DNA of 64,000 bases from an uncultured virus (IMG/VR IMGVR_UViG_3300048127_000199) (Duplodnaviria > Heunggongvirae > Uroviricota > Caudoviricetes). Each line of letters opens with the position of its first letter. Position 1 is the first letter of the stretch. The notes beneath the pieces were generated by a model. The model worked only from the letters and a program-made list of their open reading frames with translations. It was not told the origin of the DNA and did no database searches. This document shows positions 39,288 through 48,682 of this stretch, in pieces. The DNA is taken from IMG/VR virus record IMGVR_UViG_3300048127_000199. One strand, 5' to 3'. Position numbers and translations under genes: made by a program.

Positions 39288-40034
39288 CTATAGTTTAAAA
39301 TTATAAGTTATTGAAATTCCTTGTTTTATATTATTTATTCTATGCCACCAAAACCTAGGTATATTTAAACTTTGGTTTTCATTTAATATTATTATATTTT
39401 GTTTTATATTATTTTTAATTAAAATTTTTGAAATTTCTGTCTTAGAATACATGGCTCCAGAATGATCTAAATCTAAATTTTCTATTAATTCATTATATTG
39501 AGGGCTAATTAACAATACTTCTTTAATGCCACTCACAACACTTAACAAAGAATGAGCTATTGGTTTTTTATAGAAGTTTTCTTTATGAATCTGCTTAAGG
39601 GTTTTGTCGATTTTATAGCTATAGGAATCGTAATGCAAAGGAGTGGTAGTACCTTTCCCTCCCCACCATAATGATATATCTCCTGCTTTACCAAAATTAT
39701 ACTTATTAATAATTTCTTTTTCTAATTTTAAAATTTTCTCAGGTTGTACAAATCCAAAAGGATTTTCTGAGCGCAGGTAATATTTGTTATTTTTTTTGTT
39801 TATATATTCTTTAACATATTGTTCTATAGTTATCTCTATACGATTTATTTCTTGCAAATTTGACAACTGACCTCCCTCTACTATCTCTGGTACAATAACT
39901 TTAAGGCCTCCATAATCTTTTAATATTTTATCAACGTTGATAATTTCACTCAATCCAAAATCATGACTTAAAACAAATGGTTGATTTTTTTTAAACAAAT
40001 GTGTTATATTATCAGTATTTTTAACATTTAACAT
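39288..40034 (-). CDS. JmjC/cupin-like 2OG-Fe(II) dioxygenase
   Basis: LWWG..GTTTPLHYD, G.KEV.L, IPRFWWH.I. Confidence 0.8.
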   Translation of the reverse strand: MLNVKNTDNITHLFKKNQPFVLSHDFGLSEIINVDKILKDYGGLKVIVPEIVEGGQLSNLQEINRIEITIEQYVKEYINKKNNKYYLRSENPFGFVQPEKILKLEKEIINKYNFGKAGDISLWWGGKGTTTPLHYDSYSYKIDKTLKQIHKENFYKKPIAHSLLSVVSGIKEVLLISPQYNELIENLDLDHSGAMYSKTEISKILIKNNIKQNIIILNENQSLNIPRFWWHRINNIKQGISITYNFKL

Positions 40035-40037
40035 ACT

Positions 40038-40349
40038 TTATGTTAATCTATTTAATATTTTCTTCAATACAAAAGATTGGTTATTGTAATTAATTAATTC
40101 TATCTTCAAATTACTTTTTCGGCGCGGGCCTATATAAAAACCTTGAACTTCGTCTCTGCTTACTATAGCGTCAACAAAATCATATGAATTATTTTGCTTC
40201 AGCCAAGACCAATACAAATCAATCTCTTCTTCTTGGCATTCTATTAATAAATTTTTATTTAAAAAACATTTTACATATAAACTTAGGTCTCTAAAACAGT
40301 ATACTTGACTAGGCGGAGCCGTCAAACTACCATCTACAATTAAATCCAT
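40038..40349 (-). CDS. Hypothetical protein
   Basis: ORF with GTGTAA-N8-ATG (40358-40363). Confidence 0.6.
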   Translation of the reverse strand: MDLIVDGSLTAPPSQVYCFRDLSLYVKCFLNKNLLIECQEEEIDLYWSWLKQNNSYDFVDAIVSRDEVQGFYIGPRRKSNLKIELINYNNQSFVLKKILNRLT

Positions 40350-40429
40350 ATTTTTTTTTACACTTAAACAACTTAAAAATTTTTTCGAACAAATTTAAAA
40401 TCATAGTGGACGATATACAAAAATAATAC

Positions 40430-40458
40430 TTGACAAATTACTTAATATGCATTATGAT
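40430..40458 (+). promoter_or_regulatory. sigma70-type promoter (leaderless)
   Basis: TTGACA-17-TATGAT, 7 nt to ATG 40466. Confidence 0.75.
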
Positions 40459-40465
40459 TATAAAC

Positions 40466-40771
40466 ATGAATACTGAAAATAAATCAAAAACTTCTACTGA
40501 GTGGTCTTCCAGAGAAATGGGGGCACTTTGGCGCAAAAGCGGTAATACCGACTATTTAACAGGGCACTTCAAGACTACAGAGCTTGGCCAAGAAGTCGTC
40601 CATAAAGTTGTTATTTTTGCTAACAAAAATAAAAAAGATAATGAAAGGGCTCCAGACTTAATCATCTATAAGTCTAAACCTAACAATGTTACAGAAAGTC
40701 AACAAGTTGAACCTCAAGCAGTAGCAGCTTCTGTAGGCTCTGAAGATGAAGTCCCTGATAACTTGTTTTAA
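40466..40771 (+). CDS. DUF736-like small protein with acidic tail
   Basis: GALWRK...YLTG, IFAN..K....APD; tail EDEVPDNLF. Confidence 0.6.
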   Translation: MNTENKSKTSTEWSSREMGALWRKSGNTDYLTGHFKTTELGQEVVHKVVIFANKNKKDNERAPDLIIYKSKPNNVTESQQVEPQAVAASVGSEDEVPDNLF

Positions 40772-40789
40772 AGTGTAAATACTTTTATT

Positions 40790-41893
40790 ATGAATACTTA
40801 TGGTTTACTAAGCTCGAGCTCTACTTTATCTCAATCGTCTAGCGAAAACTCTTTTAGAAGTTTATCTAAGAAAGCTTTTAATGCAAAACCTTTGAATGAA
40901 GCTATCTCGGAGCTTAGCCAAATCATAATGCATAATGCAATATGTGCTCAAAACCATATTAAATTTTGTGCGCAAAATAACATTAAACTATATTCTATCT
41001 TCAACGACTTAATTCCTTTATTGCATGATGATTCGATTCCTTGCTCCATCAAGGATCTCGCGGATTATGAATCAATAATAAAAGAGCTTAAAAAAATAGG
41101 AATTATAGCTAGAAAATTTAATGTTAAAATTTGTGTCGAGTTAAGAAAGCAAGTTTTATTATCAGGCACAGAAACAACTATTAAAAAATCTTTAAATTTA
41201 ATTAATTTATGGTCTACAATTTTTGACTTATTTGAGCTAGATCAAGGATTGGAATCACCGATTATTATACAGGTGAATAATTCTGTTAATGAGTCGGAAG
41301 AGCTAAAATTAAAAAACGTAATTGATAAATTTTATAATTCTTTTGAAAACCTACCAGAATCTTCTCAATCAAGAGTTTCAGTTACAAACGAAAAAGAAGG
41401 TTGCTGGAATTGTCAAAATTTATTTAAATGGCTTCATCTTTATTGTGGTGGAGAATATGGTAAGTTTTTTCCTTTAGTTTATAACAACTTAAATCATAAA
41501 TTAAACCCTTCTATTATTGGGGGGAAAGAAGTTTCTGATAAGCAGAATGTCGAAGCTTTTAAACACACTTGGCCAGAAAATAATGTACCTTGCTTCTTTT
41601 GGGATGAAGAACCTTTAGATGATGCTTTTTCAAAAGAAATACCGTCTTTTGGAAAGGATATAGGGTGGATATGTTGCGGGATTAATAGCGATCAGAATAT
41701 TTTTCAAATGAAAGGCATCGTCATAAAAGATGAAAACCTTAATCTTAGCAGTTTTGATGACTTGCTCTCAGTTAAAGTTGAGATTGACGATAGCGAGATT
41801 AACGAAACAGAAATTGATATTGCTCATAAAAAGATTAAAGAAGCTCTCGAAACTAAAGGCGGTAGCGGCTTCAACTCGATATACGGGTTCTAG
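40790..41893 (+). CDS. UV-damage endonuclease (UvsE)-like TIM barrel, degenerate
   Basis: N......FC..NNIKLY....LIP, L..IG..A, L.L....FD..., W....P layout; His/Glu metal ligands absent. Confidence 0.5.
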   Translation: MNTYGLLSSSSTLSQSSSENSFRSLSKKAFNAKPLNEAISELSQIIMHNAICAQNHIKFCAQNNIKLYSIFNDLIPLLHDDSIPCSIKDLADYESIIKELKKIGIIARKFNVKICVELRKQVLLSGTETTIKKSLNLINLWSTIFDLFELDQGLESPIIIQVNNSVNESEELKLKNVIDKFYNSFENLPESSQSRVSVTNEKEGCWNCQNLFKWLHLYCGGEYGKFFPLVYNNLNHKLNPSIIGGKEVSDKQNVEAFKHTWPENNVPCFFWDEEPLDDAFSKEIPSFGKDIGWICCGINSDQNIFQMKGIVIKDENLNLSSFDDLLSVKVEIDDSEINETEIDIAHKKIKEALETKGGSGFNSIYGF

Positions 41894-41907
41894 ATAAGTT
41901 TTCAAAT

Positions 41908-42939
41908 ATGGCAGAAACCTTAATAGATTTTGATTTAATCAGATTAAAAATTTCCCTCAGGGATGAAAATTTGTCTCATGATTATGAAAAATTGGAGCAT
42001 ACAAAATTATCTTCACTTATTACGCCTTATTGTATTGAATTCAAAAATGATGACATTAAAAGAAGATATGTAGAATTATTTAATCATATTTGTGGTACTT
42101 TGCAGTATTTATTTAAAGTTAAAGTTATCACGCCCCACAAGTTTTTAAAAATAACTGAAAAATATATAGTTGAAGATCATAAACTTATTATAAATACTCC
42201 TGATCATTATGAAATTAGACATCTAAATCTAAATCCAAGAAATTATTTATTTTACAAAATTGGAAACAAACAAGAACTAATCAGTTGCTCTCGCTCAGAT
42301 AGTTTCATGCATGAAGAGTATCTAACAGACTTCCGACAATTATTTAATCAGCCCGACGAAATTACAAACTTTTGTTATTTACCTCAAAAAATTTCTTTGA
42401 ATGAAATTTGCATAACAAAGCATTATGCGATCATATCTACGGCGCTTGAGAAGCAATATAAAAACATAAAAAAAGAATTATCAGATTTTTTAAGATTAAA
42501 AATCATAACTTTTCGATCTCCCGATAATTCAACAGATATTACAAAGTATTTTAGGTCAATTGATTCCGCGCCATCTCTTAATATTTCAGAATATTTTACT
42601 GTAACGAATAATAGCAGATTAATTTATGCCGAAACAGGAATACAAGACACAGATTCTAAAATTAAATTAGTTATTGATGAAGTCAATAAAATAGATAATA
42701 CAACTACAATAAAGTTTAAAAACCCTCCAAATAATAAATTAATTAATTATTTAGACTTTTCTATGCTCGATGGAAGTTTCCTATTTCCCTTGCACGATGA
42801 AATTTCAGACGAAAACAAATATGAACTCGCAGAACACTTTCCTCACAATTTCTTTCTAAGTGTAATGCATCCCGACCTTGATTTAGTAAACAAAAATGGT
42901 GTTAATTTTGCTAATATGATTTCCATATCAATGATATAA
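41908..42939 (+). CDS. Hypothetical protein
   Basis: 343-codon ORF, no motif recognised confidently. Confidence 0.65.
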   Translation: MAETLIDFDLIRLKISLRDENLSHDYEKLEHTKLSSLITPYCIEFKNDDIKRRYVELFNHICGTLQYLFKVKVITPHKFLKITEKYIVEDHKLIINTPDHYEIRHLNLNPRNYLFYKIGNKQELISCSRSDSFMHEEYLTDFRQLFNQPDEITNFCYLPQKISLNEICITKHYAIISTALEKQYKNIKKELSDFLRLKIITFRSPDNSTDITKYFRSIDSAPSLNISEYFTVTNNSRLIYAETGIQDTDSKIKLVIDEVNKIDNTTTIKFKNPPNNKLINYLDFSMLDGSFLFPLHDEISDENKYELAEHFPHNFFLSVMHPDLDLVNKNGVNFANMISISMI

Positions 42940-42952
42940 AATTATTTTTTTA

Positions 42953-42981
42953 TTGACATTTTAATACTTTTAAAATATAAT
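42953..42981 (+). promoter_or_regulatory. sigma70-type promoter (leaderless)
   Basis: TTGACA-17-TATAAT, 8 nt to ATG 42990. Confidence 0.85.
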
Positions 42982-42989
42982 CTATATAT

Positions 42990-43193
42990 ATGAAAATTGA
43001 AAACAACTCAAACTCTACTAAAAGAGGAAGAAAAAAAGGCTCTACATCTTTCACTCATTTAACTTATAAAGACTTAGGTAAATTTGTTGGCGCCGAAACT
43101 TTGGTTCCTGTTCATAAGTCGTGGCTAGAACAATTAGGTTTTGATATCTATACTAAAGAACAAATCGAAAAGTACACTCAAAAAAAGCTTTAA
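42990..43193 (+). CDS. Small AT-hook-like DNA-binding protein
   Basis: KRGRKKGS motif; perfect consensus promoter. Confidence 0.55.
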   Translation: MKIENNSNSTKRGRKKGSTSFTHLTYKDLGKFVGAETLVPVHKSWLEQLGFDIYTKEQIEKYTQKKL

Positions 43194-43216
43194 TAATTGT
43201 GTAACAAATACTTACA

Positions 43217-43636
43217 ATGTCTAAAATTTTACTTGCAACAATCTTTTTTTATTCAATTGGCTGCTCCAGTTCAATCACAAAAATCCATAAAGGGCAAAAT
43301 AATGAACTCGTCAGAGAATTCGACCCGCCGATCATCAGAGAAATTGGAGAAGCTGGAGACGCTCTTAAAGAGTCGGTCCCTGCGCGAGTAAAGCTTTATC
43401 ACATGCCTTTAGTCAGTGGTAGCAGACTTAAAATGATCAACAAGTGGGATCAGCCCCCACACATATATGAATATGATTATGCCGAAGAACAGTATGTCGA
43501 AAATTATGTAACTTTCGATGTCGAAAATATTGAAAAATCTCAATCAATGAATATAATTGATTATATTAACTCAAACATAAAAGATCCTTCAGGCTTTCAA
43601 CAAAATCATAAAAAACGATTTTTACTAGGCCTTTGA
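43217..43636 (+). CDS. Putative lipoprotein
   Basis: Signal MSKILLATIFFYSIG-C with lipobox-like Cys; GTGTAA at 43199. Confidence 0.6.
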   Translation: MSKILLATIFFYSIGCSSSITKIHKGQNNELVREFDPPIIREIGEAGDALKESVPARVKLYHMPLVSGSRLKMINKWDQPPHIYEYDYAEEQYVENYVTFDVENIEKSQSMNIIDYINSNIKDPSGFQQNHKKRFLLGL

Positions 43637-43637
43637 T

Positions 43638-44120
43638 ATGGATAAAAACCCAACCCCATTCTCCGTGTTTCAAGATTTAGCAGAAAAAAAAGGATATAGA
43701 CCTAAAAGAGCCACCACTTCTTTAAAAAAAGAAAATGTGCAATTTCTATTTCAAACGCCGACCCATAAAGATATTGAGGTAGATTTAAAAACTAAAAAAC
43801 GTTTTAAAAATAAATCTTTTGATAAATGGATTTGGATTGAATTTGCAGACAAGCATGGCAGAAAAGGATGGGTTTATGGTAGGGCGAAATTTATCGCTTT
43901 CGAAACAGCAGACTCTTTTATTCTAGTAAATAGATCTGAGCTTGCCGAATTTTTACAGAGAACAAATGTAGCTCGCTTTGATCTCCCTTTCGTAGATCAA
44001 CCTTGGAAGGCTAAATATAGAGTCTTCAGAAGACCTCAGACAAAAGAAACTTTGACTCAAATCAAAACGCATGATTTATTAAAATTAAAATCTGTACAAG
44101 TTTGGAAAAAATATGAGTAA
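43638..44120 (+). CDS. PD-(D/E)XK-like endonuclease (paralog of 61821..62273)
   Basis: VDLK, WIEF....G.KGW.YG.A.FIAFE. Confidence 0.6.
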   Translation: MDKNPTPFSVFQDLAEKKGYRPKRATTSLKKENVQFLFQTPTHKDIEVDLKTKKRFKNKSFDKWIWIEFADKHGRKGWVYGRAKFIAFETADSFILVNRSELAEFLQRTNVARFDLPFVDQPWKAKYRVFRRPQTKETLTQIKTHDLLKLKSVQVWKKYE

Positions 44121-44286
44121 TTTATTAGAAGTCGCGCTTTTTAATGTGTGGCATTTTTTTGGAACTATTGTATTAATTATTACTATTGGATTAGCAATAT
44201 CATTACCAGTGAGTGTTTACTTTAGGAATAAACAGCTACAATCATCAAACTTATTAAAAATAATCAAATCAAAACTATATGAATAA
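44113..44286 (+). CDS. 57-aa membrane protein (not in ORF track)
   Basis: MSNLLEVALFNVWHFFGTIVLIITIGLAISLPV...; overlaps both neighbours. Confidence 0.55.
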   Translation: MSNLLEVALFNVWHFFGTIVLIITIGLAISLPVSVYFRNKQLQSSNLLKIIKSKLYE

Positions 44287-44467
44287 TCAAGATAAATTCT
44301 ATGTTGTAACACGAAATGGTCGTAGAGTAGAAGAGAAAGACTATTGGACTAAAGACAGAGCGCTTAAGAGAGCAGATTCTCTTATAACTACTTTAAAAAA
44401 ATGGAAAGATAAAGACAGGAATAAAGTAGAAGTAGTAGAAACTGAAAAGCCTCATTTAATTAAGTGA
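44279..44467 (+). CDS. Hypothetical protein
   Basis: ORF in a tightly coupled operon. Confidence 0.6.
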   Translation: MNNQDKFYVVTRNGRRVEEKDYWTKDRALKRADSLITTLKKWKDKDRNKVEVVETEKPHLIK

Positions 44468-45006
44468 TTGGCGAATTTGATCCGTCAAATTCTCAAAAAA
44501 CATATCAGCATAAAGGATTTAAAATCTCCCCATCAACATTGTGGGTAGATAATTTCTTAAAAGATTTAAGAGACCTAGACAAAGAATCCAGAAAGCTTAT
44601 GTTTTGGGATCAGACTGATGGAGAATTATTTTTTAAATTAAAATCTTTCACAACAAAAGGTTTCAGCTTCAGCAAAAACAATAATAAAATGTATTGGTTA
44701 TTCAATAAACCTCAAGACTTCAACAATGCGTGGACATTAGATGTATTTAATCCCCCAAACTCAGGCATTAACGGAATAGAATTTATTAGAGCTGTGCCTA
44801 CATATTTTTATTTAGTGGATAAATTCAGAGAAATTTTTCAATGCAAAAAATTAAGAGCTTTTGTCGTTAATGATAATGTTCAATCATTAAGAATGTGCCA
44901 TACTCTAGTTAAAAAAGGTTATTTAGAGGTAGAGTGTGAGCTCAAAAATGAGGTTAATATTCTAGGAAAAGACAGAGATTTAACTCTCTTTCTAAGATCA
45001 AACTAA
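44464..45006 (+). CDS. GNAT (RimJ/RimL-like) acetyltransferase-like protein
   Basis: C-terminal KLRAFV...N..S.RM...L.KKG...E..LK pattern. Confidence 0.5.
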   Translation: MIGEFDPSNSQKTYQHKGFKISPSTLWVDNFLKDLRDLDKESRKLMFWDQTDGELFFKLKSFTTKGFSFSKNNNKMYWLFNKPQDFNNAWTLDVFNPPNSGINGIEFIRAVPTYFYLVDKFREIFQCKKLRAFVVNDNVQSLRMCHTLVKKGYLEVECELKNEVNILGKDRDLTLFLRSN

Positions 45007-45013
45007 AAAAAAT

Positions 45014-45559
45014 ATGGAAATTATCGCTTTTATATCTATAATTATACTAATAGCAAGTTTATACTTTCAATCTCAATATAAAAACAACGTCAGTTTATTA
45101 TCATCTGAAAATAAATTATTAAAAACTAGAGAGGATCAATTAAATACAACAATATCTGAACTTAACGCATCATTAAAACGTGAACAAGAAATTATTCAAG
45201 AACGAAAAATTGAATTAGATAAAAAAGAGAAAGGTATAGTTTTAACTTTAAATGATTTAGAAATACAATTAGCTAAAGAAAAAGAAGCAAAAAAGAAAGT
45301 CACATCACAAAAAAAGAGTAGCGAAGTAAGGCTCGGTCATATCGCAGAAACTCTAGCTCCTTTCCTCGATCAATTTGAATTCGATCCAGAAGCTTGTACA
45401 TTTTTAGGAAAACCCATAGATTATATATCATTCGGCGAAGAAGAAATTACCTTTATAGAAGTAAAAAGCGGAAACAGTCAATTAAACAATAATCAAAGAA
45501 GAGTAAGGGATTTAATCAAAGACAAAAAAGTAGGCTGGAAAGAAATTAGAATAAAATAA
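45014..45559 (+). CDS. Holliday-junction-resolvase-like endonuclease with N-terminal TM helix and coiled coil
   Basis: S.VRLG.IAE.LAPF, FLG.PIDYI.F, FIEVKSG.S.L...QR. Confidence 0.75.
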   Translation: MEIIAFISIIILIASLYFQSQYKNNVSLLSSENKLLKTREDQLNTTISELNASLKREQEIIQERKIELDKKEKGIVLTLNDLEIQLAKEKEAKKKVTSQKKSSEVRLGHIAETLAPFLDQFEFDPEACTFLGKPIDYISFGEEEITFIEVKSGNSQLNNNQRRVRDLIKDKKVGWKEIRIK

Positions 45560-45578
45560 ATTTAATTATAAAAAATAT

Positions 45579-46232
45579 ATGAAAACAAAAATCGTATCAT
45601 TATTACTAGCCTTAGGGCTTACAACTAACGCCGCCTTTTCTGGCAACTCTGCGAAAGTAGGTTACGCATCTGACTTCTTTTACAGAGGAGTTCAAAAGGC
45701 AGAACAATCAGTTCAATCTTCCGTAAAACTTGGTTCAGCGCTTGGAGGTGTGGATTTAAGCGCCCATGCTTGCACGAACCAATCTGTTGATACAGGAGTA
45801 GATAGTTATAATCTTGGAGCAGGAGTAGGCAAATCTTTCTCGGACGGCTTGCTATCTGTTTATGCTGGAGTAAATCATTTCGAAGATCGCCCTGGAGATG
45901 CTCTCTCTGAATTTCAGGTTAGAGTCTCTTCAAATGTAGCGCTAAATCCATCTGTTTCAGTCTATAGAGACTTTGATGAGTCTTTGTATACTGTAGAGCT
46001 AGGAGTAGGTCATTCTTTCGATCTGTCGATTGCCTCTCTCGACTTGTCAGCCGCAGTTGGTAATACAGATTTAACAAACAGTACAGATCGAACATATTAT
46101 GCCGCTGGAGCTGACATCTCCAAAAGTATTTCGGAAAATGCAGAACTCTCTGTCGGAGTAGATTATGTAGATGCAGATGACTTGGATGAACGCGAATTTG
46201 TGTTCGGAACTGCTTTAACTGTTAAATTTTAA
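45579..46232 (+). CDS. Outer-membrane beta-barrel protein (TorF/Gcw_chp-like)
   Basis: Sec signal peptide, ASDFFYRGV, alternating beta strands, terminal Phe. Confidence 0.75.
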   Translation: MKTKIVSLLLALGLTTNAAFSGNSAKVGYASDFFYRGVQKAEQSVQSSVKLGSALGGVDLSAHACTNQSVDTGVDSYNLGAGVGKSFSDGLLSVYAGVNHFEDRPGDALSEFQVRVSSNVALNPSVSVYRDFDESLYTVELGVGHSFDLSIASLDLSAAVGNTDLTNSTDRTYYAAGADISKSISENAELSVGVDYVDADDLDEREFVFGTALTVKF

Positions 46233-46237
46233 TTATT

Positions 46238-46480
46238 ATGAAAAATACGTTAGAAATAATCAAAACTTATGCTGGTGGAGTCACTAGCTTGTTATTAACG
46301 CTAATTGGGCTTCTTGTTGTCGCTCAAGTTGTATTCGGTACTGGAGCTCCAATTGATGTAATTGGAAATCTCCAAGAAGTAGTTACTGGATTTGTAGGAC
46401 AAGGCGCAAGTCTTGCAGGAGTTATTACGCTTTTGCTAATTGTTGCCTTATTCCAGAAATCTACAAGTTCTGATAAGTAA
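46238..46480 (+). CDS. Small two-TM membrane protein
   Basis: Two hydrophobic helices; LLVVAQVVFG. Confidence 0.7.
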   Translation: MKNTLEIIKTYAGGVTSLLLTLIGLLVVAQVVFGTGAPIDVIGNLQEVVTGFVGQGASLAGVITLLLIVALFQKSTSSDK

Positions 46481-46507
46481 CAACTAACTCTTTATTGAGT
46501 TTAATTT

Positions 46508-46531
46508 AGGGGCGCTTTGCGCCCCTTTTTT
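46508..46531 (+). terminator. Rho-independent terminator
   Basis: AGGGGCGC-TTT-GCGCCCCT hairpin followed by a T run. Confidence 0.85.
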
Positions 46532-46566
46532 ATGGATTTTTATCTAAGTTAATATATAATAATATA

Positions 46567-47322
46567 ATGTCAGATTCAATAGCTATTCTAACTTCTTATT
46601 TTTCTAAAAAGAAACACCCAAATAGCCCAACTGATGCTTATGTCGTAGGAAGGGCTGCGGATGGTAAAGTGCAGAACAATGAAATTGAATACATTAAACC
46701 TTGGTACGAATCAGTTGATAAATTAAAATTAAAAGGTTTTATATTTCACGATAATCTTTCTGACGCTTTTATTGAGGAATATACAACAGAAGATATAAAA
46801 TTTATAAAAGTAGGAGACTTCGAATACTCAAATAATGATTATCGGTTTTTTTGTTTCAATGATTTTTTAAAAAAGAATAAATTTGATTACGTTTTTCATG
46901 CTGATGCTTCAGATGTAAAGGTCGTAAAGAGCCCATTGAACTTAATCAAGGATCATCCCGACATATCTTACTTCGCATGCAAAGACAGCATTAAACTTAA
47001 GCATTTTGGGGATTATTTAAATGTTCATGACAAATTTAATTTCGAGGATAAAATGATGTTTATGCTAAACATTGATTTGTGGGATTTAATTAATATGGGA
47101 GTAGTTGGTGGAGCTTATGAAGATATGTCTAACTTTTACTCTAAATTTGTGGAGGTTAGAGAATCTATGGGTGTTCCAGAATTCAATTCAGATATGTGGC
47201 TTTGCCAGTATTTACTTAGATCACAATTCAAAGATAAAAAGTTTATTATGGGCGAACCTGTTTGTAGTGAATTTAAACAATACCAAAATGAAAGAGAAGA
47301 TGTCTACTTTATCCACAAGTAA
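46567..47322 (+). CDS. Putative GT-A-fold glycosyltransferase
   Basis: DYRF, VFHADASDV (DxxD), NMGVVGG, DM; first gene of the glycan island. Confidence 0.6.
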   Translation: MSDSIAILTSYFSKKKHPNSPTDAYVVGRAADGKVQNNEIEYIKPWYESVDKLKLKGFIFHDNLSDAFIEEYTTEDIKFIKVGDFEYSNNDYRFFCFNDFLKKNKFDYVFHADASDVKVVKSPLNLIKDHPDISYFACKDSIKLKHFGDYLNVHDKFNFEDKMMFMLNIDLWDLINMGVVGGAYEDMSNFYSKFVEVRESMGVPEFNSDMWLCQYLLRSQFKDKKFIMGEPVCSEFKQYQNEREDVYFIHK

Positions 47323-48028
47323 AATTACGGTTTACTGCTCTACTTATAATTCAATTAAATGGATTGAAGGTTATTTAAATAATATCAACTCTCAGATTTG
47401 CGCAGCCTTTGAATTATTTTTCATAGACGCGGGCTCAACAGATGGCTCTCTTGAGAAAATTAAAAATTTTAAATTCAACTCACATATTAATGTGTCTATT
47501 TTTGAACCTGGATTTTTATCCATTTATGGAGCATGGAATTTGGCAGTAGCTAAAGCTAGCACTCCATATGTTATGAATTTTAACACAGACGATAGGCTTA
47601 ATTTTTGCGCCCTTTCAACCTATCATAGGTATATCGAAGAGTTTCCAGAGATAGATTTATTTTACGGAGTTCACAATTTCGTATCTGAAATTGGCGGAAA
47701 CAACCTACCTATAGGTGAATATTGGAAAAACTTAACTGACTCCCTACTATCTGAATCAGAGAAAAAATTAATGTTTACAATTAATCCCTGTGGGCCATTT
47801 CCTTTAGTCAAAAAAGCCTCCCTGATGGACGCTGGTGAATTTGATGAAAAATATTTTTCTTCTGCGGATTATGACATGTGGTTGCGAATGTTTTCGATGG
47901 GCATGAGATTTAAAAGAACTCAAGATATCATTGGTGACTTTTTATATAGGCCTGATTCAGCCTCTCAAGCTAAAATCAAAGAGTCAGAATCGCACGATAA
48001 AGAAATACAATCAAAATATAAAACATGA
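47300..48028 (+). CDS. GT2 glycosyltransferase
   Basis: STYN, IDAGSTDGS, YGAWN, NTDD, ADYDMWLR; start 47288 or 47300. Confidence 0.85.
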   Translation: MSTLSTSKITVYCSTYNSIKWIEGYLNNINSQICAAFELFFIDAGSTDGSLEKIKNFKFNSHINVSIFEPGFLSIYGAWNLAVAKASTPYVMNFNTDDRLNFCALSTYHRYIEEFPEIDLFYGVHNFVSEIGGNNLPIGEYWKNLTDSLLSESEKKLMFTINPCGPFPLVKKASLMDAGEFDEKYFSSADYDMWLRMFSMGMRFKRTQDIIGDFLYRPDSASQAKIKESESHDKEIQSKYKT

Positions 48029-48681
48029 AAAAAGTAGTATCATTTTCACTCTGGGGAGACTGCGAGCATTATACAGTCGGTGCAATCGAAAACGCCAAAA
48101 GTATTGGTAGTGAATTTTATTCAGGTTGGGAAAGCTGGTTTTATACTCACCCATCAGTAAGCCAAGATATTCAAGAAAAAATCAAAGAAGTCGGAGGCAA
48201 AATTATTTTATCAGAAAGCTCTAAAGATTTTTCAATGCTTTTTGAAAGATTCAAACCAATGTTAGACTCCGAAATTTCAATCTTTGTGAGTAGGGATTGT
48301 GATTCTAGAATTTCAGATAAAGAATACCAAGCTGTTTTAGAATGGGAGAATAGTGATTTTCAGTTTCATTCAATGCGTGATCACTTTCATCACCATCTTT
48401 ATGTTATGGGTGGATTATGGGGCGCAAAAACGCAAGGTCCTATCGACACAGTTCAAGCATACCAACAAGTGATTAATTCATCTTTTGGAACCCATTATAA
48501 TGACGATCAAAGATCATTGCATTTTTTATACGAAAAATATAACAAAAATTTCTTGGAACACGACGATAGGCAAAGACATAACGGCATAAAATTCCCAAAT
48601 CACCAACCATTTAAACATGGCTCTTTTATAGGAGAACGTATAACTGCAGACAATCAAGTGGGCCCAATAGAAAGATGGTAA
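48025..48681 (+). CDS. Glycosyltransferase-like protein
   Basis: SFSLWG....Y..GA.EN, RF, SRDCDSR, MRDH..H, MGGLWG, DQ. Confidence 0.6.
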   Translation: MKKVVSFSLWGDCEHYTVGAIENAKSIGSEFYSGWESWFYTHPSVSQDIQEKIKEVGGKIILSESSKDFSMLFERFKPMLDSEISIFVSRDCDSRISDKEYQAVLEWENSDFQFHSMRDHFHHHLYVMGGLWGAKTQGPIDTVQAYQQVINSSFGTHYNDDQRSLHFLYEKYNKNFLEHDDRQRHNGIKFPNHQPFKHGSFIGERITADNQVGPIERW

Positions 48682-48682
48682 A

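Noticed and set aside
41908..42939. Amidinotransferase/deiminase-fold assignment
   Set aside because: Only a vague resemblance with no catalytic motifs; left as hypothetical
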